A stretch of 64,000 nt of DNA from Vicugna vicugna (Eukaryota), in the NCBI GenBank assembly GCA_013265495.1, contig MU061538.1, positions 2,375,339 through 2,439,338 on the forward strand, written 5' to 3'. Numbering within the stretch: position 1 is the first letter of the stretch; each line of letters opens with the position of its first letter. Shown here piece after piece: positions 51,570-62,520 of this stretch. A program made the position numbers and the translations under genes. The notes beneath the pieces are model-generated. The model was given only the letters and a program-made list of their open reading frames with translations, was not told the origin of the DNA and did no database searches.

Positions 51570-52050
51570 AGAAATACAAGGTGAGATGAAAGAAGTGGAC
51601 GAGGAGCCTGCAAGGAACTGAAATGGAAAATTAGAGAAACTGGATTCAGAGGAATCAAGGAAATTCTGGGAAGCTTCCCCGGACAGCAGAGGCAGGGGTC
51701 ACTGAGGGAGACGGAGGAGGGTGGATGGTGCTCTCCGCTGGGGATGCAGGTGCTTCTCGCGGAGGAACCAGAGTGATGGGGAGAGAAGCAATCATCAAAG
51801 ACACAGCAGAGACGGAGATACGCAGATTAAAGCGTTTTCCACATTCCAGGAAAATCAGTAAAACACCTAAAAACGCTCAGAGAGAATCTTAGAGATCTAC
51901 CAAAAAGAAATGCCACAGCCACCCAGGAATAAGGACACAAGGTTTGAGAAAGGGTAACAATTTAGGCTGATAATCAAGTTTCTCCACTGTTCTAGGTCTA
52001 ATGATATTTAATCCTTCAATGTGTTTTTAAAAACCAATATGTTCTTATTT
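51570..52050 (+). mobile_element. Ancient L1/HAL1 ORF1-region relic
   Basis: A-rich purine-biased segment with gagagaagcaatcatcaaaga, cagattaaagcg, agagaatcttagagatctaccaaaaagaaa. Confidence 0.45.
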
Positions 52051-52559
52051 AAAGCAGATCTTCCACTTGAACATACCCTGCACTAAAGGCAATTCAAAAC
52101 TAAAGGCTCAGACTTAAAAGCTTAACATGCAAGAAGATGGTCTCGAAAGCCAGCTCACCCACGGCTGGTCCCAAACTACCATCAATTTGATAACAGATTT
52201 GAATGCAAATGTCAACAGTAATGATTAAGGGATAAAAATAATAAAATAAAAGAAATATTGGGTGAGTATTTCATAGAATTGTAAACACATAGTAAATCTT
52301 TTAAGGAAGATTAAAAACAAAGGAAGCACACGTCACAGGTGAAGAAACAGAGACTACATCTAAGCTGCAGGAACGCGAACGCGCCAGAGCCTGGGGCAGG
52401 AGACTAAACAGGAGAAACTTCCAGATAGCAGTCAGCTTGCGGAGACTCGAACTGATCAGATTGAAGCTTCATGAGGGCAGGACCACACCACCTTATTTCC
52501 TTCTATTCCTGTAGTATTTTATATAGTGCTCCACATGTGGTGAATACTTAGTATTTCTT

Positions 52560-53105
52560 TAAGGAAAAAATTTAATTCTAACAAAAAGACCAAAGAGTTT
52601 CTTTTCTGGGATGGGGGGTGGGCGGCTAACAAAACAATTCTGAAGTTCACATATAAGAAGAAAAGGATAAACATGGCCAAGATGGTCTTAAAAGGGAAGA
52701 CGGAGAGAGTGGATTTATACCAGGAGTTGTAAGTGAAATCATGTATTGTGTAGCTGCAGACTTTTTGCTGCATCACAGTCAGGAGGTCTTCAAGTAATGT
52801 ACAGCCTCAAATCGCAATGGTTTACATCAGAACAGAATAGTTTGTATAAGAATTTAATATTTAATACCAGTGTTATCCCAAATCAGTGGGGAAAGGAAGA
52901 CTTAACACAACAAATAGTGCTGGGAAAATGACTTAAGTATTAAAAAAAAATCAAGCCAACAAAGAACACGTATGCTTCTCCAAAACAAAAATCTCAAAGG
53001 AAAACCTATCAAAATGCTCACAATAGTTACCTCAGGGCAGAGGAATGGCAAGTGATTATTTCTACAATGCAGAGATGAACTTGTTAAATAAGAAAAAGGT
53101 TATTA
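52560..53105 (+). mobile_element. Ancient L1M ORF2 and 3' fragments
   Basis: aattctgaagttcacatataagaagaaaagg...ggccaagatggtcttaaaagggaag, aatcagtggggaaaggaaga...aaatagtgctgggaaaa; caaaatgctcacaatagttacctcaggg. Confidence 0.7.
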
Positions 53106-53114
53106 AGGGTACAT

Positions 53115-54750
53115 TGGGAGTTTCCAATTTAAGTTGGTGGGTTTATCACATTTATTTATTTATGTCTTCTCCCTCCAGAAATGTAATTTGGATGATAATG
53201 AAGGAATAAAATAAATATATACCCACACTAGTAAAGACGGCAGGAAAGGTTTCGCCACATTTCCAGAAGACAGGAAGCAGACAAAAGAGTAATGAGGGTG
53301 AGTCTGGCTGAAAAAGCAGTGGCCTAAAATACTGACAGAATTAACCCCCGGAGAGAATCCTGGGGACTTGGTGGTCTAGGTGCAATACAGTACAGGACTG
53401 AGAAATGTGGCTGGACAGCACTGTCATCTGAGAGTCTCCAGATGAGACAAATAAGGAATGAAAAAAACAAAGAAGCCCCATCCACATTTAGATATATCAT
53501 TTCATTCAAAAATCTTCCAGGAGGGAAAAAGCACATGACCCACAGAGGAATGAGTGTCACATTAACATCAGATTTATCATCAGCAACACTGAATGCTAGA
53601 TGAAACTGTACCCCCAAATTGGAGGGACAATCCTTTTCAAATTACCATTCTACATACAGATAACATTTTCAGAGAGTGTGAGAAAAAAGAGACATTTTTA
53701 AATATTCAAGACCTCAGAAAGTTTACTTCCCACAGTTCTTTCTTAGGAAAGCATCTGCAGGATATACTTCAGACAAAAGTGGAAGTAAAGCAAGAAAGAA
53801 GATGACATGGATCTAAGAAACAGTGGCTCCAACCTGGGAGAGCAGTGAGGGGACATCCCAGGATGGCATCAGTGCAGATGTTATACAGAACAACCAGTCC
53901 AGACTGGAGTGGGGCAGTGGAGTCTACTTGGAGAGACAGATCTGGGGGAAAAGGCAATGAACAGAATACTTAATAAAGTCTGGGCAAAAGATGTGAAAGT
54001 ATGATAAAAATCAAATGGTTCAAGTAAAAACTAAAAACAATTAAAAACTCCAGGAAAAACAAAAGGCTGAAACAAAAAAAGACAGAGTCACAGGTTACTG
54101 CTTAGCTCTACCATGAAAGACAATTACTTATGATAAAGTCAATGCTAGCTGTTGATTTTAGTCTTTTAGAATCAACCTATAGATAAATAAGGAAAATTAA
54201 GTTACAGTTTCAGGACAGAATCCAAATGCCATCAACCTCAATGATATAAAAATGGAAGAAAAAAGAAAAGATGACGGAGTTTCCAGGTGGTGGGACAGGG
54301 AAGGAACCTGTCAGAAAGGGCAGGACTTCTAGGTCCATCTTACAAACTGGGGAGTTACAAATTCCTGTCTGCAGTTAATGTGCTGTGAGACAAACTTGCA
54401 AGAGTATTATTTAAGTTTATAAAGGTAACTAATGGAGGGAATAAAATGCATATATGGAGAAGCTGGGAGGGGTGTTGAGGTAAATGTGACAATTTCTTGT
54501 CTATCATAAGAAAAAGACAAAAGAATGCATACATTAATTTAAAAACAGTGAAACAAGCAGGTCACTTAGCAATATGATGGTTGCCACCAGGATAAAGAGT
54601 GAAAACAGTTAAACACCATCTCTGTTCTGGGGTGGGGGGTAAGGAAGGAATTGCTGTTTTCCCTGTAACCCCTGTTGTGTGATTTTACTTTCAAGCATTA
54701 ATATGTAGTACATTGGTAAAAAGGAAATACAAAGTTACAAGTAAATAAAA
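53115..54750 (+). mobile_element. HAL1-like (ORF1-only) or L1ME relic: 5' end, ORF1 C-terminal part and 3' tail
   Basis: 5' segment tctccctccagaaa...aaggaataaaa...acccacac resembles the recalled HAL1 start; ORF 53593-53805 has KETFLNIQDLRKFTSHSSFLGKHLQDILQ, similar to old L1 ORF1 C-termini; A-rich end near 54750. Confidence 0.55.
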
Positions 54751-57059
54751 ACTGACAAACAATAAACGATTGGAGCTGCGGACAAGGCGGAGCCCGGGCG
54801 GGCGCCGCGGGGCTGCAGGGGAGGCATCTGCCCTCCGGACGCACAGGGACAGGGCCGCTCTGGGTGCTCCTGGCCGGGCTGAGCTCACAAGAACAAGACA
54901 TTTTCCTCAAGCTCCTCAAGAAGTGTATTGACATGACAAGACAAGGGGCAGGAGGGGGCGGATGAGCAACAGCACACAACAACTTAACACCCACCAAGTA
55001 ATTTGACGAGTCAACGAAAACCGCATCTATTTAAAGGTGGTGAGACCAGGCTGGATGGGCGGCCAGGGGATACGTGGACCGAGCTGGGGGAGAAGATGCT
55101 GTGAGCGCGATGCTTTGGCGGTTAAATTAGTCTTGCTCTTTTTTGTCCAGGGACATGGTCACGAGGGGCGTGTGGCCGGGGCTGGGACCTGCCGTCAGTG
55201 TTGCCCGAGGTGGCTCCCCCGACACACCTGGGACAGGCGAGGGCTTCACACGTATTCTCAACGGCGATCAAGCTCTGAGCTGCTTTGGGGACCTTGAGGG
55301 GCTGACTCCCGCCTGGAAGAAGCAAGGACAGAGATGGGGGAGGGGGAGCCATCTCCGCGGGCCCCGGGCACCGCCTGGGTACGTCTAGGAACAGGGCATC
55401 CCCGGTTGTCACCGCACTTGGTGGGGCGGGGCCTGTCCCAAGAGAAATGATCAGAGCAGAAACGACATGGGGTGTCAGCGGCAAAATCCCCCAAAGCACG
55501 CATGGTGGGGAAACGGTCTCTGCACCCAACCGGTGGTCCCTGTGGGGTCCCCAGACCAGCAGCCCCGGGAAGTGCTGGACATCCTAGCTCTCGGGCCTCA
55601 CCCCAGACCCGCTGAACAGTTTAACAAGGGCCCAGGCGAGGCCACTGCTGCCCTGGTTTGAGGACCACCAAGCGAGGTGGTGCCTGGTGAGCAGCCCACA
55701 GCGCTCCACGTGGCCATGCGTCTCTCCCCACCCCTGCCCTCGCGCGACGCTCTGAGTGAATAAGCATGCCGGTAGGCAGATACAGTGCTTTAGAATAAAG
55801 AGGCATGTGGTCGCAGTTAAAGGAGAGGAGAAAATGGGGTCTGAGGCAGAATAATTTAAGACGAGGTGGAGCCGGGCTTTGAAAGACCCAAGGGTTGATC
55901 CAACGTTGAGATGAAGGGAGACACAGAAGCATTCTGATGATCACAGAAAATAAAGCATCTTATTTTGAAAATTGTAGAAACTGCATTTTAAAAAAGAACA
56001 CGCTACCAAACCATTAACAGGAAGCAAAGATTTCTGGAAGAAGTGCTACCAATTTTCTATTATAAAGCCCTTCACCTGCCCATCGATGCATGTGCTCACC
56101 CAAAGAGCACGTAGCCAGGGCTCAGCGTGCAGCAGTCAAGGGTCCAGGTGCCGGCGACGCAAAGGCCCGAAGCCTTGCCTTAGGGGAGCTCACGGTGTGT
56201 GGGGGGCCAGACACAGGAACCACGAACCTCGGCCCAGGGTGAGGACCACCCTCACAGGAAGCGGGGGCACAGGGAACAGCCCTCGTTGAAAAGCACAGCT
56301 TGGCTGAGAAAATTCTACGACTGTCTCGTGAATCTGCAGCCAGATGTGCCTTCAAATCAAAATACAGCGACTCCTCCTGCTGAGCAGTATATGAATTTTC
56401 TATTAGTCCATTTGTTTGCCATAAAATATGAATAGAGCACGGTCTCTTTCGCAGGGATTAATGCGTCATGTCACTTCTTGGTTCTCTGAGTTCTGGCCGA
56501 GGTTCTGACAGCCGTGTGGCAGCAGAGGGCCAGGGAATGCAAGGCTTGCCTCGCTGGTGAAACAAAGAGCCCGTGATCGACGCGCGTTTCCCAGGGATGT
56601 TGACTCCCTGGTTTAAGCTGGAGCCAAAAAATACTTTGAGGGACAATTTTTTAAAAAAAACTTATGTGCTTTAGTAGAAGGCATCGTTGAGCAGATTGAA
56701 ATGACACCAAGCGCCAAGCGCTGCGTGCGACGATGCGTCCAGTTCCCCGTCTGAGATGCCCTGGAGCAGCCACATAACTGCACCAGAATATCTGCAGGCG
56801 GCTGCACTTTGCAAAAGACAAGAGTGATGCCTCTGTGAGACAAACCACTGTTAGCTGTGGCTCCATAATGCCACTTGCAGTGCAGGAGCGGACCCCGCTG
56901 CCTCTCCCTCCCGGCTGGGGGGCTGCCTACAATGGTGGGGAGGCATCACCTTGGGGACCTCCTTGTTCAACAGTCTATACTTTTTGAACAGTAAGGGATC
57001 AGGACGGGTGGGGGCAAATCTCATGCCACCCCTTCTCTAGCCCTGCACTGTCACGCACT

Positions 57060-57135
57060 CAGCACCCATCCGTCCCTCTGTCCATCAGTCTGTCCATCTG
57101 TCCCTCCGTCCCTCATCCATCCTTCACCCACACAC
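57060..57135. repeat. Degenerate (TCCA/TCCG/TCTG)n simple repeat
   Basis: ccatccgtccctctgtccatcagtctgtccatctgtccctccgtccctcatccatcc. Confidence 0.75.
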
Positions 57136-60100
57136 CTGACCTGTCCACTCATAATATAAACCCAGCCTCCATGGCACTGTGCCCCTGGTGCTGCGTGAGG
57201 ACCCGCTGGATGTCTTCCATGTGCCTCTGTGCCCCCCTGTCTTTTCCAGCCCCTGTGCTGGGGGAGGGTGGGCTCACCCGGACAGAGGGCATCGGGGACT
57301 CTGGTTGTTGCCCCCTGGAAGCACCAGGAGGAGAAGGCGAAAGGGCGGGTGGGTGTCCATTTCCACGTACCCCCACAGCCCTGCTGCTGACTCAGGTTCC
57401 AGCCCTGCTGGTGACCTGCTCCACGTGGCTCTCTGTCCCCCGGCTCTGGTGCGGCTCCTCCCCTTGCCCCTTCAGGCCTGGGACGGTGACAGGGACCCAG
57501 TGTCACCAGCCTGGTGGGCTTCCTCCCCACCGTTCTGAGTGGAGCTTTGTCTAAACACCATTGGCATCACTCTGTCACCTACGAGGACACAGACAGAACA
57601 CAGAGGGGCCACGAGAGCCCCTGCCCACAGTTGCCCTTTCCCCGGACCCTGAGGGTGAGGCCACCGCAGAGGCTCCCAGACAGGGTAGCGCTCGGAGACC
57701 TGACGGACCCCGAGCCGGGAAGGCCCCGAGACGCCCACGGACCCGGTTCCCGCCTTGGGCAGGGAGTGAGTCTGAAGGCCGCCTCTGGGCTCGGGCAGGT
57801 CAGAGCAGCACCCAGCTCTCTGCAGGGCCTGGCTGCCCCTGCCCGGCACTGGGTCCACTTCCTTACGGGCCTGAGCAGGGCCACATGCTGTGCTGACAGA
57901 CACGTCCCCACCGTCTCGGCCGCACCGAGCTCTGCCAGACCCGCAGCCACGGCCCCGGCAAGGCCCGCTCGGGCCCTCTCTCCCGCGGGCACGCCCCCTC
58001 CCCCAGCAGCCTGAGTTTCCGGCCCTGGTTCCCCCCCAGCCCCTGGCGCCCCCACCCTCGCCCCGTCCTGGTGGTGGGACAGGCACCTTATGCTAAACCT
58101 CTGCCGTCCCCTCCTCCAAATCCCCCTTGAGTTGTGCTGTGTCACAGCCGGCCAAGGGCCCTCGCTCGCCCACCGCCCTCTCTTGACCAGGCGAGTCAGG
58201 CCACCCCTCCCCGCAGGCCCCTGACCGCTGCGGGCCCAGCCCGAGCGAGCGCAGCCCCGGAGCGGGAGCTGCCCCCCCAGCTGCTCCCGGAACCAGCTGA
58301 CCACGGGGCCGCCCCGTCCGCCCGCCCGGCCTCCCTCCACAGACCCTGCCCACCCCCTGAACCTCCTTTGCCCCGTTCCAGTGAGACTGTGAGACGGATT
58401 TCTGAGGCGGTGTGTCCTCCCCGGTGCGATCATCTGTCTTTCAAGGTGAAGTCTCTCCCTGTCAAAGTCTAGGTGTTTTTCCCTGACATAATCACCCTTC
58501 AGTGCGTGGGCTCTCCCAGGGGAAAGGCCGTCAGGCCTGAGGAGTAACCCCAACTGGCAATACTTACGGCAGCACGTGGGCTTTGTCCCTCCAAGGACAT
58601 CCGGGGACGGCCGCCTTCTGTGTGCGAGGGCCCCTACGGGCAGCCTCACAGGCCCGAGAGCGTTTGTGACTCAGCTCCAAAGACGCAGGAACGTAGCTTC
58701 CTCCGACTTGTACTCAGACCCGAGGGACAGGGGAGAAGAGACTCGTGCGAACGCCGGCGGGAGGGACGGGAAGAGCTCGGTCCGCAGGAACCCCACCTGC
58801 CGAGGGTGTAGGACACAGCCGTCCATCCCCTCAGCAGTGCCTCTGGGGAGGGGGCCCGGCTCAGAGCAGGCTCTCAGACACTGGCCCCGATGATGAGAAG
58901 CAGGCGCACAGGGCCGGGTGGTGGGAAAGGGTCTGCCTACAGAGACCCCGAGAGCTCGGCGCTTTGAACCGACAGCACAGAAGCGAACGGGACGCCAGAC
59001 TCGGACACCTGGATGCCAAGCCTGGCCCGGAGTCAGTCAGCCGCAATTCTGAACAAGTCACCTGCCTCTCGTACGTTGTGGAGGAAATGCAGGGGAGATA
59101 GGTAAGAGGAATTTTCAGAGCACTTCCAGCAACGGGGGCCCGGAGATAGGAGGCCCTTAGGCGGGGGAGGCTGAGCTGCCGCCGTGGTACCTGGGACGCC
59201 CGCTCGCCAGCCGTACTGCACGCTGGACGCGCGTCACGTGAGGGCCGCTAGAGGCTGCCAAGTCCCGTTCTCCGGCAGACGCCGTCAGGTCCATGCTCCG
59301 GATTCGCCGTCGTCCGTGAGGGAGAACTCTCACTAAGCCCTCTGCGTTCGCTGTCACCCGCTCACCCGGCCTGTGATGCGGCCGGGGAAGCCCTTGCCCG
59401 GTGTGCCACTGACCTCTTCAAGTGTCAACACTTTTGCTGGCTGAAAGAGCTTGTTGGCCAACAGAGGCGTCTTACTTACGGAGACAGGAAGGCAGAGTCC
59501 CGTTTTACTTTTCTGACGTCTCCTGGTCTGTACGTCTGATGAACACTGATCACTGCTTGCAAATCGACCTACAGTGTCTTCAGAGCGATCCGGCTTCTAT
59601 CCCAAACACGGACCACGGCAAAGTAAAACATGCGTTCTTCCCCAGAAATTTATTTATCTGGACATCCAAGACTCAGATTTCCAGGCTTCTAAAGCACTGG
59701 ACATTTTTTAAAATTGATTCTTGTGATCAATAGTGACATTGAGAACTCCCTCTCCAATGCATCAACAGAATAAAGACCTGTCACTGCTCCAGCCGGGAGC
59801 TTCTACACTCCTGCGCGGCCCGCTAAGAGCTTCTAGCCGCCTTGGGTAACAAAGAGCACAGCCTGGTCTGATATCGCAAACACAAGGGCTGTCGGGCTGG
59901 GCCAGTCCACTCAAGCTGCTCCCCAAAATTACTTCATTTGAGTATTTTGGTACCAGGTCGTTACTTTAACACAGGAGGTAACACAGAGCCAGGTCTAGCT
60001 CCGAGGGCATTCGAGGTGATTTATGCAATTCATACCCAGAACATTTCCAAGTAATCCAAATAAATTTGGAAGTCACATTCAGATAAAACAAGTACCTTCC

Positions 60101-60224
60101 CACAGTCATTAACCTAAAGACAAAAGACTAGAAGTACGTCAGCAGGATGGCAGACTCAGGGCCGGAACTGCAGGCATGTTCCTTAATCTGAAAATGAGAC
60201 AGCCCTTCCCTCCCAGGTGAACCA

Positions 60225-60390
60225 CTGCTGCCGGAAAGGGCTTTGCGCCTTGGCCGCAGTTAGGAATCACCTGGGGAGCCTTAAAAAGCCCCGAAACCCA
60301 GGCCACACCCCCAAAGAAGGAAACCAGGAAGGAGAGATTTATTGAAACTGCCTTCTGGTGTATTGTGTGCACCTGAAAGTTTAAGCACAG
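60225..60390 (+). mobile_element. MER5A-like hAT-Charlie fragment
   Basis: ggaatcacctggggagccttaaaaagccccgaaacccaggccacaccccca. Confidence 0.65.
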
Positions 60391-60506
60391 AGTGAAAAGC
60401 GGTAGGCATGACAGCTCGTGGACAATGACATGAGTGGTGGGTTGGGGTCAGGGTCTTGTGTTCAAGTCTTGGTTCCATCCCTAATTAAAAGTGCATGATG
60501 GGCAGG

Positions 60507-60722
60507 CCAGGTGGTGGTGGCAGTGATGGTGGCAGTGGTGGGATGGTGGTGGCAGACAGTGGAGGTGGTGGCGGTGGCAGTAGAGGTGGTGGCAGTGGAG
60601 GTGGTGGCAGTGGAGGTGGTGATGGTGACAGTGGAGGTGGTGGCAGTGGTGGTGGTGGCAGTGGAGGTGGTGATGGTGACAGTGGCGGTGGTGGCGGTGG
60701 CAGTGGAGGTGGTGATAGTGAG
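60507..60722. repeat. Low-complexity (GGT/GGC/AGT)n repeat
   Basis: ggtggtggcagtggaggtggtg units repeated with variants. Confidence 0.92.
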
Positions 60723-62224
60723 ACTTTGACGGGGGATGCTCGGGGCACTAGGACGGGGACCCTGTTTTTCTGTGATGTTTCCACCGCTCTGAATACCTCT
60801 GTCTTCCCCTTAATCCTGAATAAAGGCCTTAATCCTGAATAAAACCCTGACTGGATTCAATATACCAGTCTCCCAGCGAGTCCATACTTTGTATAGACTG
60901 GACAGAGAGAAGCTGGGTTTCCTCTCGGGTTCAGAAAGGGGGGGTGTCACGGGCAGTGCACGTGGAGGAGGAGCCTGGAGGCAGAGGGCCCCCGAGAATG
61001 AAAGCTTCCTGCGAATTTGCAGAAACCGAGTCGCTGCGCAGCTAGAAGCAGTGAGCCACACGGACACACGCGAGGTCCCAGCAGAGCGCTGAGCGGAGGA
61101 GAGGAGACAGATCCACCCGCACGCACGTGCACATGCGCACACACCTTTATGTAACTGTTATCTGTATCTGCATCACAATGCCATGTGCGTGAAGTAGGGA
61201 CACACACACAACAGTATGTTTTACAAACACTGACGGGGGAAAGGTACCCAAATACATCTTAAATAGGTGCCTACGATGGGGCGGGGGAGCTGGGGGATTA
61301 GGTTAAAAAAGAGCAAATGGACGAGAACGCTCGTGCTGACCGGGAAGGATGGTGCGCAGGAGCCGGGCAGACCTGGGTCTCGGTACTGGCGAGTCACGTG
61401 AACTCACTGACGTCAAATAAAGGAAAAGTGGCCTTGTTTGACTTTGGCCTCTGACAGGTCATGGAAGGGGTGGTGGGCGGCAAGAGCCGTCCCCTGGCCC
61501 AGGAGCGCTGGGGACGCAGCAGCACCAGCTTCCGTCCTCAGGCTCGGTAACCCCCTCGTGCCCCAATGCCACCGACAGTCAGGACGAGCGCCCGGGCCGC
61601 GGATGGGCGACATGTTAACCCGGTGTTTGGAGGAGAATAAAGACACATGCCCGTGCAGCACGACCCGTCCTCAGAAGGACCCCGCCGGGCACCTGCCACA
61701 TCTTAACTCCCCTCCCAGCTCCACAGCTCCGCCAAGGCCCGCGGAAACCAGCACACAAGGGCGTTTGTTTTATCAGCACAGCCGGGCACTCCTCCCGTGC
61801 AGGCCTGGGTGACCATGGGGGTGGGTGTCTCACGTGGATTTTGTCTGGTGGGCCAGACCCCCTAGGGTTAAGGTTAGGGCCCTGGTGGACCGGTAAGCCC
61901 CAAACTTATGCTTACATCCTCGTCGGACTGTCCGCATACACCGAGCTCCTCCAGCGCCTTTGGACTGGGTCTCACACCGCACTGGCGCTCTTGTTAATAA
62001 TTAGTGAGTTGAATAAAGCCCCCGACACACGCTCATTCACTTTGCCTAAGAACCGCAGTCTGACACTTTAAGAGAGACGTGGAGCGGGCGGTTGGAAACG
62101 GCCCTGAAGTTCCGAGCGAGGGCAGGGTGGGGTTCCAAAGGTGAGCGTGGTCAGCCACGGGGAGTGCCGGCAGCCCTGTGCCACACGCAGCAGCTCATTT
62201 AATGTCCACGACCACCCACAAGAG

Positions 62225-62360
62225 CAGACCTTCTTGTCACTATTGTTTCTCTCCTTTTGCAGACGAGGAACCTGACTGACTCGGGGGAAGAGTGACCTGC
62301 CCAAGGTCACGGCCCCAGGCTCTGAACCCAGGCAGCCGGCAGGTGCATCTTCACTCTAAA
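62225..62360 (-). mobile_element. MIR fragment
   Basis: ttttgcagacgaggaacctga...gtgacctgcccaaggtcac...tgaacccaggcag. Confidence 0.75.
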
Positions 62361-62361
62361 C

Positions 62362-62520
62362 CAGTGGTTCTCAGTCTAGGAGCACCTCTGCCTGCCACGC
62401 TGGCAGCCACATCCACTGGGCGGAGGCAGGGAGGCTGCTGCATTCTCTGCAATGCGCAGGGCAGCCCCCCAGGCGGGAAGCACGGGCCCCAGGTGTCGGC
62501 AGTGCCGGGCGTGGGGACCT
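62362..62520 (+). mobile_element. MER20 hAT-Charlie element
   Basis: cagtggttctca...gggcggaggcagggaggctgctgcattctctgcaatgcgcagggcagcccccca...gtgtcggcagtgcc. Confidence 0.75.

Noticed and set aside
57579-58649. 356-aa ORF, the longest in the track, and other 150-260 aa ORFs such as 1141-1830, 3076-3750, 6595-7311, 11884-12600 and 31348-32142
   Set aside because: They are rich in Gly, Arg, Pro and Ala, overlap in several frames and show no recognisable domain or exon structure. Stop codons are rare in GC-rich DNA, so such ORFs are expected.
60485-60842. Gly/Ser-rich, Pro-rich and Val-rich ORFs
   Set aside because: They are translations of the (GGT/GGC/AGT)n repeat. Its complementarity to the ACC repeat at 25.1 kb is low-complexity coincidence.
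61863-61879. Telomere-like tagggttaaggttaggg
   Set aside because: Fewer than three degenerate units, too short to call an interstitial telomeric repeat.
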